This document shows, piece by piece, positions 23,483 to 37,623 of a stretch of 64,000 nucleotides of DNA (position 1 is the first letter of the stretch; each line of letters begins with the position of its first letter). Source of the DNA: Octopus vulgaris (lineage: Eukaryota); contig OX597824.1 in NCBI GenBank assembly GCA_951406725.2, forward strand, positions 90,334,001 to 90,398,000. The letters are read 5' to 3'. The notes below the pieces were generated by a model that had not been told where the DNA came from, searched no databases, and saw nothing but the letters and a program-made list of their open reading frames with translations. Both the position numbers and the translations under genes were made by a program.

Positions 23483-25699
23483 GATTGTTTATCAAGTTAT
23501 GATTTTTGTCTCCCCAATTTGATAAGATGTTAAAGGCAGTCTTACTGAATCTAGGGTTTGTGGTTGCAAAATGCTTATGGGGTTGCTTCCTAATATATTG
23601 AGGGTATTTACTTTTTGTCTTAAATTCATTGTGCGGTTAAGTAGCTCGTTTGCAATCACATGGCTTTGAGTTCAGTTCTACTGCGTGGCACCTTGGACAA
23701 GTGTTTCCTGCTTTTAGCCCTGGGCTGACCAATGCCCTGGGAGTGAATTTGGTTGTGAAAACCCATTCTACATACTGTTCATACATACATGCATATATAT
23801 TCATATATGTCTCTTTGTTGTTGTGTTTATTCTCCCACCCTCTGACAACTGGTGCTGGTTCATTTACATCATGCTGATGGTCATGGCTGGAATGTATTTA
23901 AACTTAGAACTGTCCTGTTAGGGTTGACCTGGTTTTAAACAACAAATCCAATCAGTTCATCTAAATAAATGCTCGACCTACTAGAAATAGTAGCCAAAAT
24001 TTCATATCACACCCAATTATATTTTTGAAAAATGTACATATGAGATAATGTTGCTGTTGGTTTACTTCACATCCAGAAAAAGTCATGATGGTCATGGCTG
24101 GAATGCCTTTGATCATAGAACTGTAGAATCAGAACTGACATAGGTCTAAACATGAGGAACTGTTATCATGTAAGAATTAAAACATCACCACAACGACAAT
24201 GAAGTGAGTTACCATTTTCATTTGAAGTCCTCAAATCTTTCTGACTTAATGATGACACTGGAGATAAAATAAATTTAAAAAAATAAAAATAAAATTACAA
24301 TTGCATGGAAAATTTAAAAGAAAAATAACAAAAGAAAACAAAAACAGTTGTTTTAATTTTTTGACATTTAACCCTATCATATCCGGTCCAAATATTTTAT
24401 TTATTTTGTATTCAAGCCTGCTTATATCCGGCTTCTCACACCTACTCTACAATGTCATTCTAAAAATAAACAATCACATCATTGAAATCTTGAAGCTACA
24501 AGATAATACATGATTAATTCAAAATTGAATAAATGAGGCTTAATTTTGACAGAGTAAATCTGAAAATGAAAGAGTTATAATTAAATTTTTTGAAAAAAAA
24601 AAAAAAATGTTTATGACACATTGTCTTGGGTCCAATCTCTTTTCATGCATGCACACCTGTGAAATACCTTGATTATTTTAAGGAGAATATTAAGGACAGC
24701 ATGGACAGAGAAAATGTGGTAAATAAGAAATTGGTCGAAGGGAAAAGAAGCAGATGATAGAGAAGGGAGATACGGATGTCAAGCTTAATGAATTGGTTGG
24801 AAGAAAGAAGCATTAAACGTCAGGAAGTGGAACCATTTCTGAAAACAAAGAATAGAGAATTATGGCAGGAAAAGATTTTGCCCTCTGTCCTACATTCTGG
24901 ACATGGCCCCTAAAGAAGAAGAAGATTTGTAAATAACAAAGCAAGTAGCAAAATAGAGGATTTGACAATGAAAACAAGAATTTCTGCTGCAGAATAAAAA
25001 AATTGACCAATTTTTAATGGCTGTTTTGAAGACAAGAAAGACCAAAGAAAAAGAATAACCAGCAAGATGTGTAGCATAGTAAAGGCATTGACACTAAAAA
25101 GAACATTAACAACAGTTACAGCAACAACAACCTACAGTAAGGTATTTACTTTCACACATGTACAGGGTAACCCAAAAGTCACAAATGGGTCTGAAATTTT
25201 CATAAATTTGCTTTAATTACCTTTTTTGTATTTGTAATTATGAAAACGTGTAGTTTCCACCCCTAACATATTTCCGATGAAGATGCTTCTTTTCCAATCA
25301 GCAAAGTGATTAAAGCTTTGGCTGGGTGGAACTGATCTCATCAAATGGTACCCAATATTGGTAGGTCAGTAGAGGTGGCCGAATCACTGCCCTTCATCCC
25401 CTCCAGGTTTTCAGCCTTAACTCCTTTCTCTTGCTCCATACCCAGCAAGAGGCCCTTCCTGCTGCCTCTCTCACCCTGTGCATGGCCACCCTTCACTCTT
25501 TTCCCTTCATTCCAATGCCTTAAGCATCATCTATGAACTGTATGTGGTGCTAAGGCCTCATGAATTTAAAACAGAACATAAATGAATTATTACCACCTTT
25601 GTGACTTTTGGGCTACCCTACACAATCCGTATTTATTATCTTCAAGAAAGTTTGGTATGATTTATTTCTTTGTGGTTCACCATGTGGTCCAGTGGTGGC

Positions 25700-25785
25700 C
25701 ACCCAACCTAGAGGTGGCTACCTTAACCCTAACCCAACCTAGAGGTGGCTACTCTAACCCTAACCCAACCTAGAGGTGGCTACCT
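25700..25785. repeat. 30-bp tandem repeat containing TAACCCTAACCC
   Basis: CCCAACCTAGAGGTGGCTAC..TAACCCTAA, about 2.7 copies. Confidence 0.85.
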
Positions 25786-26129
25786 TCCCATTTATTTCTG
25801 TGTTTATTGATGATGAGTGTAGGTGCAGCCTGGTGGTTAACAGATTTTCGTCCCAACCATGACATCCCAGGTTCAGTCCCACTGTGTGGTGCCATGTTAA
25901 AATGTCTGCTAATGTAGTCCCAGGATAACCAAAGCCTTGTGAGTGGATTTTGGTAGATGGAAACTGAAAGAAGCCCATCGTAGATGCGTGTCTGTGTGTG
26001 TGTGTGTATACAGCATACACACACATCTGTATGTATGAGTCTGTGTGTGCACCCTTATGTTGACGCCGTGTGATGATTGTAGACAAGTGTCACCATCATA
26101 CCATCCATGATGTTCATTTCCGGTCTTGT

Positions 26130-26338
26130 ATTATTAAGTTAAGTTAATTTTTTGGCTCAAAAAGCAAAAAGCAAGGCCATGTAGGGGGACATGCAGTTAT
26201 GTACAGGGAGGGTGGTCATGCAAAGAGTTCAGGCCATTTCTGGTCAAGAGAGACTTTGAACCGAGCGGTCGTCGGCATCTTCACTATCTCGTCCGGCAGC
26301 TTATTCCACGGATCCGCAACCCAGACGGAGAAAGCCTC
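26130..26338 (-). mobile_element. CR1-type LINE 3' end
   Basis: FSVWVADPWNKLPDEIVKMPTTARFKVSLDQKWPELFA*; TAACT-repeat tail. Confidence 0.75.
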
Positions 26339-26949
26339 GCCCCCATGTCTGGCCATGGGGAAATATCGTCTTCCTTGGAAACAAGGTAAGGGTTGGTGAC
26401 AGGAAGAGCATCTACCTCAACAAATTCCCTCTGACCCATCCAAGCATGTGCCATGCCTCAGCAATTGAATTTTTTTGTTGTTAGGTCCTCTTGAATCTCA
26501 TCAGGGGAAATACTTGTCATCTGGTCTGTGTACGAACTGTTACCAAATAACTGATAAATATTGACCATATATCATCAGATGTTGTTACACACCGCTGGTC
26601 ACAGTACACTTCCAGTTGTCTCGATTGTACCATTCTTTTTTGTCTTGACCCAAATTGCTTTGCTAAATCATGTTCCAGTCATTGTGGAGACCTTCCAAAT
26701 GGCTTTTTCTGATCACTAGGATACCTATTTCTTTACAACCCACAAGGGAGGACAAACACAGAGAGGACAGACAAACGGATTAAGTCGATTACATCGAACT
26801 CAGTGCGTAACTGGTACCTATTTAATCGACCCAGAAAGGATGAAAGGCAGTCGACCTCGGCAGAATTTGAACTCAGAACATAGCGGCAGACGAAATACTG
26901 CTAAGCATTTCGCCTGGCATGATAACTTTTCTGCCAGCTCGCCACCTTG

Positions 26950-27410
26950 TATGGTATGGTATCACTAGGATACCATACAGCAAATGTATGGGTCCACCTG
27001 TTGTCTGTGAACCTTACGAAACGTCCAACCCACCAGAACTTGTGCTTTTGGTACTCTGCAACCACCACATTGCTCACTCTGCTCCCTTCCTGAATTATCT
27101 CATTCCAAACGTGGTTTCTTATGGATATTCCTAGCAAGGGGTCATTCCATGGCCCTTTGCATTACAGCCAAGCGATGTTCTATTCTCTTCGTAACAGCCC
27201 ACGTCTCACTTGGGTATAAGAGTGCAGCTAGGACGGTGCTATTGAAGAGTCTGGCATGTATAACATTGTCTAGATTGGTTTGGATCATATCCTTTACTGA
27301 GTTAAATGCCTTCCATCCTGCTAGAACATATTCACTGTGTGTCCAAGGTAGACTTACTCCTTTACCTTAATTTCGTTGCTTCCCACATGTTTCACCTTTT
27401 GTGCTACATC
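26950..27410 (-). mobile_element. RTE LINE ORF C-terminal fragment
   Basis: WKAFNSVKD...LFNSTVLAALLYPSETW...QRAME; MLGISIRNHVWNE...KFWWVGRFVRFTDNRWT...WYP. Confidence 0.8.
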
Positions 27411-27567
27411 TTCCAACTGCATATATGTCATTTCCCTATTAAATATATATATATATACATAAGATATATATATATATGTGTGTATATATACATACACACA
27501 CCCACGTGTGTGTCGTTGGTGATTTTCTTTCTTTGTCTTCCCTTCCATGAACCTTTCCTTTTTCTAT

Positions 27568-27602
27568 GTTTCTGACGAAGAGCTCTGCTCGAAATGTTAA
27601 AT
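27568..27602 (+). ncRNA. Minimal hammerhead motif
   Basis: GUUU-CUGACGA-A-GAGC(ucu)GCUC-GAA-AUGU-U-AAAU; homologous repeat at 511-715. Confidence 0.65.
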
Positions 27603-27783
27603 CCTCCTTCGTAAAAGCACCCACTACACACTTGGAGTGGTTGGCATTAGGAAGGGCATCCAGCTGTAAAAACTTTGCCAGATCAGATTGGAGACTGGTA
27701 CAGCCATCTGGCTCGCCGGCCCTCAGTCAAACCGTCCAACCCATGCTAGCACGGAAAGCTGACATTAAAAGATGATGATGATG

Positions 27784-27814
<31 letters not shown>

Positions 27815-28493
27815 TGTATGTATGTATGAACATATCCAGATATGTCTGTGTTTGTGTGTGTGTGTATTTGTTACATAGAATATTTTACATTTATTTTTCG
27901 AATGGCAATGTTCATAAATGTCTGAAGCCATGTTTTGTCATTTTAAAATTGTTTTAATTTTATTTCCTATTTTGTTAAAACGATATTTAATTAATAAAAG
28001 AATTCCATTCTTATATTCTCCAGCCTCTGAAAAAGAAAAACCTCAGTAAAATTACTGAATGCTGTGAAGAACTTTCTTGGAAAATGACAACAGACATGAA
28101 TAAGGAATGCTTGCAGAGTTGACTCTTTCATATGTTACATTAAATACTCCTCTGTAACTCTTCAGATTGACTGTTAATCTTATAAGAACTCTTTAAAAAA
28201 TGCCTGAATTATGCCAACATCAAGTAAATTTATGGCAACCTTTTGAATATGGATGAAACTCTTCGTGTTTTCCAGTGAATTGTGTCACTGAAAATAATGT
28301 TTCCTTATCCAAAAGAATTTTGTGTTTGGCAAAGACTCATGAACACATTTGGAACCCCGATCTCTTCTATTACTTCTGCAATAGCTTCTGTTCCAGTTAG
28401 TTCTTCATCTCCACTACCATCACTTAGAATCCCCTGATTCAGCCATTTCCTCTTTCTCTTTCATCATTCCTACTGCATCTCGATTACCAAATA

Positions 28494-29243
28494 CCATAAA
28501 TCCTCGAGTATAGTCCGCCCATGAGTATAATATGCAGGGGATTTTTAGGAGGTTGTACCTCTGAAAAACCTAAACCTTGTGTATAATACGCACCCCTTCT
28601 CTAACTTGAGTCAAGGAGGTCTATTTAACATCCTTGGTTTGTAAAAACGTATACAGTAACATCCTTTATTGTTATTGTATATATTACATAATGCTAACGT
28701 GTAGCTTTTTTGTGCATTTTGTTTGCAGAAAATAAAGAAATAACAGTAATAATGTCAGGGAAAAATAAATGTAAATTGCCGTTACATATTTATCACAATC
28801 AGATACAAATGCAAAAGCAAAAATATTTATTCAAATCCTTCAAATTCAACGACACTTTAAGTATCAGGTAACTGTTCCATTTTTTCCTCTGTAAACATGT
28901 CAGCATCATTGTAGTGTAAATCTCCGTCATCGTCAGATTCATTGTCAACATCAGAAGATTCACTTTCATTTATTTCTGAATACTTTTATCTTAATAAATG
29001 TTGCTTATTGCAAGTTATGGATGATTCTTTTATGACTTCATTGCTTTCAGGCTTATCTTAAGGTATTTTCGCGCCCGACATCACAAAATGGGTCTGAATA
29101 AAAAACATTGCCGGACAGCAAATAGAGACTCGGACATTGCTTAGAAAATATTTTTCATTTTTAACCTCGTATATAGTACGCACTAGGGATTTTGACCTTT
29201 AAATTTTGGAGAAAAAATGCGGATTATACTTGAGGATTTACGG
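28494..29243. mobile_element. pogo/Tigger-like MITE copy 2, retaining the transposase acidic tail
   Basis: Same TIR and TA TSD; extra ~240 bp encoding (minus strand) ...ESESSDVDNESDDDGDL...EFEGFE*. Confidence 0.9.
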
Positions 29244-29769
29244 TATCATATCACAATAATCACAACCTCCTAAGCATCAGCGCCCTGCCCCTTTCATCAC
29301 ATCTAGCTGCATCCATTCCTTCATTGACAATAGCGGCCCTTTATTTATCTCTAGCCGTCTGCACCTAGTGTCATCTGTATGCAATGCTGATACCTGCTTC
29401 ATACCAAATATTCACTGGTACCTACTTACACGCCAAATATAAACAGCTTCCTTGAAGGTATTCTCCTTGCAAACCTTGTGAATTGTGGTAACAATAAATA
29501 AATAAATAATTTAATAAATAAATATATAAATAAATAAATAAAACTGCCAAAAACAAACGCTACATGCATATCAGTGGCTCTCAGCCATTTTTTTCCCCTA
29601 TGGTTCCTATTTTACTTCTCTGGACCCTCATACACATTGAATGTTTTTAAAAAAGATCCTCTTTTATTTTCATAATTAAATATTAGAAATTGTATAAAAA
29701 TAACTGCTAAAACATTTTGTACAATATTTACAATGGACAAATAGGTGACCTCACCTTGTTTGTTGTTAC

Positions 29770-29811
29770 CACAACATTTCAGCTGGTGTACTCCCCAGCC
29801 TTCATCAGGTG
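29770..29811 (-). ncRNA. Minimal hammerhead motif (inverted copy)
   Basis: Reverse complement reads CAC-CUGAUGA-A-GGCUGG(ggaguaca)CCAGCU-GAA-AUGU-U-GUG. Confidence 0.7.
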
Positions 29812-29970
29812 TTCTGATGGAATTTTGAACCCAACCCTTTAGTTGACTAATGGGGTACACTGTTCTCATTCCTAAGGTATTTTTTACTGATGTTATCATT
29901 ATTATTATTATTATTATTATCATCATCGTTGTTGTTGTTGTTGTTGTTGTTATTTATTCACTCTATAATT

Positions 29971-30262
29971 GCCCACAGGCATATAGCTTTGTGGTTAAGA
30001 GTGTGTGCTACTAACCCCAAGATTCCAGGTTCAATCTCAGCCAGAGACTTGAATAAATAATAAAAATAACATCAGCAAAAAATACCTTAGGAATAAGAAC
30101 TGTGTACCTCATTAGTAAAATAAAGGGTTAGGTTTGAAATTTCACCAGGACACCTGATGAAGGCTGGAGAGTACACCAGCCGAAATGTTATGGTAACAAC
30201 AAACAAGGTAAGGACATCTATCCATCCAATGTAAATATTGTACATAATTCCTCATCTCTAAA
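29971..30262 (+). mobile_element. tRNA-headed SINE-like element carrying a hammerhead ribozyme, preceded by a head-less inverted copy (~29719-29960)
   Basis: tRNA-like head (A-box-like TAGCTTTGTGG, B-box-like GGTTCAATCTC), AAT-rich linker, HHR at 30150. The upstream segment is the reverse complement of ~30050-30244. Confidence 0.7.
30150..30193 (+). ncRNA. Minimal hammerhead motif inside tRNA-headed element
   Basis: ACAC-CUGAUGA-A-GGCUGG(agaguaca)CCAGCC-GAA-AUGU-U; stem I partly decayed. Confidence 0.7.
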
Positions 30263-30377
30263 TTGACCAGTTTATTGCAGATAAATTTCAACAAGACCTT
30301 AGATGGACCCCGCTGATGGTCATATGGACCTTGGCTAAGAACGAACAATGAAAATATTATTGTATCTCACCCTTTAA

Positions 30378-31436
30378 CCCTTTCAATACCAACCCGACTG
30401 AAACTGGCTCTGTAGTACAAATGTCTTGTTTTCTTAAGTTTTGAATTAAAATCTTCCACCAAACCTTAGTCACAATTAATGTTCCTAACACTAGCTGAAT
30501 GATAATTAAGTTATTTTACTAAATTCTTTGTTATATTTAAAGTAATTGAAAGAAACACAGAGCATCTCAAAATAAATACTGTAATGAAAGGGTTAAGAAG
30601 AAAAATAATCAGCAGAAGACATAAGAGAAGGAAACCTCAATGTGGTCACTCTATATGCTAGAAATAATAGCTTAAATTTCCTTCAATCCACACCCTTCCA
30701 ATTACTTCTAATGTGCATCTTCCCAAATGTAGAGATGTGTTTAACCCTTTCAATACCAACCTAACTGAAACCAGCTCTGGTTCTGTAGTACAAATGTCTT
30801 GTTTTCATAAGTTTTGAAATAAAATCTTCCACCAAACCTTAGTCACAATTAATGTTCCTAACACTAGCTGAATGATAATTAAGTTATTTTACTAAATGCT
30901 TTGTTATATTTAAAGTAACTGAAAGAAACACAGAGCATCTCAAAATAAATACTGTAACGAAAGGGTTAACTCGTTTGGATTTTTACACAGAATATAAAAT
31001 ATTGTCCATAAAAGACATTTTGACTGATAGATTACCAATTCTGCTAATCCACTGCCTTTATGGTGATTTCTTACCTGAAAAGGCCATACATTTGGGACAG
31101 GTACTCTTTTTTTTTTATCTTTTAAATCATGGTCAGAGTTTGACTTGTGCATATTTTACCAATCCTGGAAAGATTAAATGATATGATCAATCTCACTAGG
31201 ATTTGAACCTAAAAACATTTTGTTACGAACCCTGCTGAAACTGCCTATGACTCTGTAGTACAAATGTCTTGTTTCCATAAGTTTTGAATTAAAATCTTCC
31301 ACCAAACCTTAGTCACAATTTATGTTCCTAACACTGGTTTAATGATAATGAAGTTATTTTACTAAATTCTTTGTTATTTTAAAAATTAATAGAAAGAAAC
31401 ACAGAGCATCTCAACGGAAATACGGTAATGAAAGGG
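30378..31436. mobile_element. Three clustered piggyBac-like MITE copies (30378-30592, 30745-30965, ~31219-31436)
   Basis: TTAA TSD with CCCTTT...AAAGGG termini; third copy lacks its left end. Confidence 0.85.
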
Positions 31437-31924
31437 TTAAACATGAATATTATACAACTACAGCTCTAACAAGTGCTTCAAATGCTAGGTTTTATTATCA
31501 TTGTGAATCTTTTTGGATATATTATCATCCTCAACATACTAAAACTACCTCTAAAAGATTGGTCCCTTCATTTTTTTTTATCAGAGCCAGGAAATACTTC
31601 AGCCCCCACCCCACCCAACAACTACTAACTTTGGTCACCTCAGTATTCTGTATTAAATGTGGGTTTTCATTTTGTGTCTGTGAAACTAGGTAATGCAATT
31701 CTGATATGTGAGTTGCACCTGAAGAATATTTTTGAGATATTTCCAATTTTTCATATTTTCGGAGGTCAGATGGAATTTGTCACCAAGCAATTAAAAAAAA
31801 TTCCAAAAAAACAAAAAGAACCTTACCTGATCTTTTCCCTCCCATACCACTAAACCTTTAAAATACTCCATTCTATCCAAGTTTTACTTGAACTTGTCAA
31901 ATTATAAATATAATAATAATGATA

Positions 31925-32390
31925 ATGAAATTACTGTATACAGTGCTCAGGTGCACCACAACTTGTCAAAAGTGCATATAAAGCATATACAGTAATGTAC
32001 AAATGTCTGGGAAGTGAACAGTGTATGAGTCAGATACATGCTTGCGTGTGTATGGAGGGGAGAAAATCAGGTGTAGTGTTGGCGAATCTCAGGAAGCATG
32101 GAAGTTTTGAAGGATGCAGTGCTCCGACAACTAACAACTGATGCTGGCAGTTTGTTCCATGCTTCAGCAACTCTCAGCATGAAAAAATGTTTCCGAAAGT
32201 CACTGAAGCTGTGTTGTTTTCTGACTTTGTAAACATGTCCACGGGTGTTAGACGGGTGGAGTTTGAAAAGGTGCTCAGAGATATTGCTTGTAAGATGGTT
32301 AATAATTTTATGGGTGTCTGCCAAGTCAGCTGCCAGACGTCGGAGTTTCAATGTATCCATACCCAGGGTAGTAAGGCGTCATATCCATTT
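31925..32390 (-). mobile_element. CR1/L2-type LINE 3' end
   Basis: LKLRRLAADL..THKII...SNTRGHVYKVRKQ...RKHFFMLRVAEAWNKLPASVV...FKT; TTA-rich tail. Confidence 0.88.
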
Positions 32391-33605
32391 CTTAAGTGTT
32401 GGACGACATCCAATGACCATAGGCTCTGCTTCTTCTTTAGACTGTGTTGTATTTTTTATCTTTTAATTTTTACCCGTTTCAGTCATTAGACTACGACCAT
32501 GCAGAGGCACTGCCTTGAGTTTTTAGTCGGATGCATCGACCCTAGTACTTATCTATTAAGTGTAGTACTAATTCTATTGGTTCCTTTTGCCAAACTGCTA
32601 AGTTACAGGAATGTAAACACACCAACACCAGTTTTCAAGTGGTGATGTGGGGACAAACACTGACAGACAGACAGACAGACACACACACACACACACGTAC
32701 ACGATGAGCTTCTTTCAGTTTCTGTTTACCAAATCCACTCACAAGGCTTTGGTAGGTCCAAGGCTATAGAAGAAGACTCTTGCCCAAGATGCCACACAGT
32801 GGGACTGAACCCAGAACCATGTGGTTGGTAAGCCAGCTTTTTACCACGCAAAGAAACAATTTAAGTGAATCCATGATCCTGACTTTGAGGTTGTGGAGCT
32901 TGGTTTGTAGGATCAATCCCATTGTTTAGCATTTGGCTTCAAGAAGACCGTGGGAATGAAACTTGGTAGATGGGAACCTGTGCACAAAGGAAAGAAAACA
33001 CTCAACATGTGTTGGATAAGAGTTACCTCCCATTGAGCATCTATTGCAAGTGGAGGCGCAATGGCCCAGTGGCTAGGGCAGCGGACTTGTGGTCGGAGGA
33101 TCGTGGTTTTGATTCCCAGACCGGGCGTTGTGTGTGTTTATTGAGCGAAAACACCTAAAGCTCCACGAGGCTCCGGCAGGGGGTGGTGGTGACCCCTGTT
33201 GTACTCTTTCGCCCCAAATTTCTCTCACCCTTTCTTCCTGTTTCTTGTCCCCGACTTCCTATGTAACTGCTGAGCCTGGATGCGCATTCATCCATCCGTC
33301 GATGCTCTCGGTGTCGGGGGTTGACCTGCTTTCTCTTCTGCGGGTCTTATGAAAAGCCAAGGACCACATTTCGGACTTCTCCCATCTTGCGAGCTCTGAG
33401 ACAAAGACTGCTTCGCTCAACATCAGCATCTGTTACCAGCCATCTGGAAAACCATTTCTGTCATGTGATCTGAACTGACCAATGAGAACTAAATTCATTC
33501 ATCATCGAATGACAATCAGCTTTTTGTTTTTTCTTTAGGATCTGTAATTGCTTCACTTTTCTACGTTCAATATTTTTTGGATGTGTGTCTGTGAAACATT
33601 AAGTA

Positions 33606-34120
33606 CCGTAAATCCTCGAGTATAGTCCATCCTTGAGTGTAATACGCAGGGGATTTTTAGGGGGCTGTAACTCTAAAAAACCTAAACCTTGTGTATAATA
33701 CGCACCCTTTCTCGAACTTGAGTCAAGGAGGTCTATATAACGTCCTTGGTTTGTAAAACTGTATACGGTAACGTCCTTTATTATTATTGTATATATAACA
33801 CAATGCAAACGTGTAGCTCTTTTTGTGCATTTTGTTTGCAGAAAATAAAGAAATAACAGTAATAACGTTTAATAAATGTTGCTTATTGCAAGTTATGGAT
33901 GATCCTTTTATGACTTCATTGCTTTCAGGCTTAGCTTGAGGTATTTTCGTACCCGACATTACAAAATGGGTCTGAATAAAAACATTGCCGGACAGCAAAT
34001 AGAGACTCGGACATTGCTTAGAAAATAATTTTCATTTTTAACCTCATATATAGTACGCACTAAGGATTTTGACCTTTAAATTTTTTGGGGAAAATATGGA
34101 TTATCCTTGAGGATTTACAG
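33606..34120. mobile_element. pogo/Tigger-like MITE copy 3
   Basis: Same TIR and TA TSD; reverse complement of copy 1. Confidence 0.9.
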
Positions 34121-34267
34121 TATATGCAATCCTGAATCATTTCATATACATAAATGTGTGTGTATGCGTGTGTAAGAAAAGGCATAGATAACAGGTATCA
34201 CAACCATGTGTGTGACATGGTGATCTCATATCAAGATAAACAGCACATTATTATTATTTTTCTTCTT

Positions 34268-34360
<93 letters not shown>

Positions 34361-34382
34361 TTTATTTTTATTATTATTATTA

Positions 34383-34460
<78 letters not shown>

Positions 34461-34461
<1 letters not shown>

Positions 34462-35243
34462 GGCGGCGAGCTAGCAGAATCGTTAGCATGCTGGACGAAA
34501 TGCTTTGCAGTATTTCACACGTCGCTACATTCTGAGTTCAAATTCCGCCAAGGTCGACTTTGCCTTTCAGTCTTTTGGGGTTGATGAAATGGTCAGTTGG
34601 CCGAATCTTTAGCTGGACAAAAAACTTAGCGGTATTTTACCCATCTTTATATTCTGAGCTCAAATTCCATCAAGGTTGACGTGTTTGCCTTTTATCCTTT
34701 TAGGGTTCATAAATAAATGCCTGTTGAACACCTGGATTGATGAACTGACTGACCCCTCTCACAAAAATTTCAGGCCTAGCGCCTATCATAGAAAGAATTA
34801 TTGCCAGTATACTACTCAGTATATATATTTTTTCTCTACTTAAGGCACAAGGCCCATAATTTTTGGAGAGGGAGCCAGTCGATTAGATCGACCCCAGTAT
34901 GCAGCTGGTACTTAATTTATCGACCCCGACCTCGGTGGAATTTGAACTCAGAACATAAAGACAGGCGAAATACCGCTAAGCATTTCACCCGGCTTGCTAA
35001 CGTTTCTGCCAGCTTGCCGGCTTGTAGCATCTTTTCTACTCTAAGCACAAGGTCCAAAATTTTTGGAGAGGGGATCAGTCAATTAGATTGACTCCAATAC
35101 GCAACTGGTACTTAATTTAAAAACCTAGAAAAGATGAGAGGCAAAGTCGACCTCAGTGGAATTTGAACTCAGAACGTAAAGACAGACGAAATACCGATAA
35201 GCATTTCACACGCCGTGCTAACATTTCTGCCAACTCGCCACCT
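34461..35243. mobile_element. Cluster of SINE family A copies in both orientations (other copies at ~2762-2957, 17180-17420, 26724-26947)
   Basis: Shared core GAGTTCAAATTCCGCCGAGGTCGACTTTGCCTTTCATCC. Confidence 0.85.
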
Positions 35244-35339
35244 TATACTACTCTGTACAGTAGCAAAAACATTTTATTCCTGTTTATATATATATATACT
35301 CTATATTTTTGTGCTTTGAGTATGTTTTAGTATTGCTTT

Positions 35340-35590
35340 GTAAGGCCTTATTACTTGTTGCCCTCCATGGGTCATCTCCTGTGCTCGCTATTCTACACAC
35401 ACCAAGAGGAGGTGGCAGCTTCAGTGAAGGAATTCTTTGCCTCCAAAGACAAGGACAGGACGAAAGAAAGGTGCTTCAGACCGTATGACATGATAACCTC
35501 TATGTTGACTATCAAACTGCTTTTGTTGTAAATTTGATGAATAAAGCAAATGATTTACCAAAATATTGCAGAAGTTTTGATTCAGCACAG
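35340..35590 (+). mobile_element. mariner transposase C-terminal relic
   Basis: ...HQEEVAASVKEFFASKDK..., typical of the mariner C-terminus. Confidence 0.55.
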
Positions 35591-36152
35591 AATTATGAAT
35601 GTGATGGTAGTGTTTGCTGCTGTTGTTGTTGTTGTTGTGGAATGGTCGTCAGCTCCTTGCTTCAACCATTTTGCATTTAAACCAGTCTAAATATTCAGGC
35701 TTAGCCAGTGCTGGTGGCATGTAAAATGCACCGTTTGAGTATGGTTGATGTCAGTGCCGTCTGACTGACCCCTGTGCTAGTGACACGTAAAAAACAAACA
35801 AAAAAAAAACCTTTTGAGTGTGGCTGATGCAAGGCCCCTGAATAAGGGTTGTTTAAGGATGTTGAACAAAACACCCCTGTTTCCAAGGGTGAATTATCCA
35901 AATTCCAAAGAATCCCTCTCAACACATGGCTATGATGCTCCCCCACTACTTCTGCTCGTGATCAGAGATGCACATATCGTCAGCCACTAAGGGACATGCT
36001 CAATTGGTTAAGGTCAAACAACTGACAAGCAAATCTGTGGTATTGAGCAGAATATTTGCTGTAAGCCCATCTTTTATACCAAGACAAAACAATGTACACC
36101 ACAATGCTACCAATCAGTTATCAGAAGCCATGATAGCCACTGCCTGGTACTG

Positions 36153-36184
<32 letters not shown>

Positions 36185-37210
36185 CCATCACCACCACCAT
36201 CACCATCACCATCATCATCACCACCATCATCATCATCATCATCATCCTCCTCCTCCTCCTCATTCTCATCATCATCATCATCATCATCATCTTTATTATT
36301 ATTATTATTTATTATTATTATTATAATTATTATTATTATTATTATTATTATCATTATTATTATTATTATTATCATTATTATTGTTATAATCGTTAGCACA
36401 CTGGGGTCAATGTAATCGACTATCCACCCCCCAAATTTCTGGACTTGTGCCTCTAGCAGAAAGGATTATTATTACTATTGTAGTAGTAGTAGTAGTAGTA
36501 GTAGTAGTTATTTTAGTGGTGGTGGTCATGGTTGTAGTGCTGATGGGGTATAAATTTTTTGTTGTCGTAGTGGTAGTCACCATTATTCTGGTTCCAGTAG
36601 TAGCAACAGCTGCAGAAGTTTTAGTAATGGCAATGATCATTGCAGTAGTAGTAGAAGTAGTGGTTGTAGTGGTGGTGGTGGTTTCCACTGGTTGTTGTTG
36701 TTGTTGTTGTAGTGTTGGTGAGGCATAAAGCTGACATTTTGGACAGTTCAAAGAAGTGATTTGGTTTGTAAACTGTTTTAAGGAATAGAATAACATTATT
36801 TGAAGACAGCTGAGAGTTGTCAGTCGCGTTGGTGTTAGAGGGGACACACACACACACACGCACACACACACACACAAACACACACACACATAGAAGTACA
36901 CATACAGCACACAAACAGTACAGTTGTACTGACAAGCAAATAAACACACACACATGCACACACACAGATTTTTAAAGATATCTATGTACATACAGACACA
37001 AATACATTGACAACTATAAGCACACATAGACAGATGAATGCATACATTCATACATTCATATATGTATATGTATACATACACACATACATATAGATATGTG
37101 TATATGTAATATATATGTATGTACATGTTTGTATACATACATAAATACATATGTACACACATGTACTTATATATGAATATATATATATATATATATCAAC
37201 GATGATTATG

Positions 37211-37247
<37 letters not shown>

Positions 37248-37528
37248 GAGAGATATAAATATTTATATATATATAAATATATATACATATACACACATAT
37301 ATATATATATATATATATGCGTGTGTGTGTGAGTATATATATATATATATATATATATCATCATCGTTGATATATATATATATATTCATATATAAGTACA
37401 TGTGTGTACATATGTATTTATGTATGTATACAAACATGTACATACATATATATTACATATACACATATCTATATGTATGTGTGTATGTATACATATACAT
37501 ATATATACATATACACTTATATATACAC

Positions 37529-37623
<95 letters not shown>

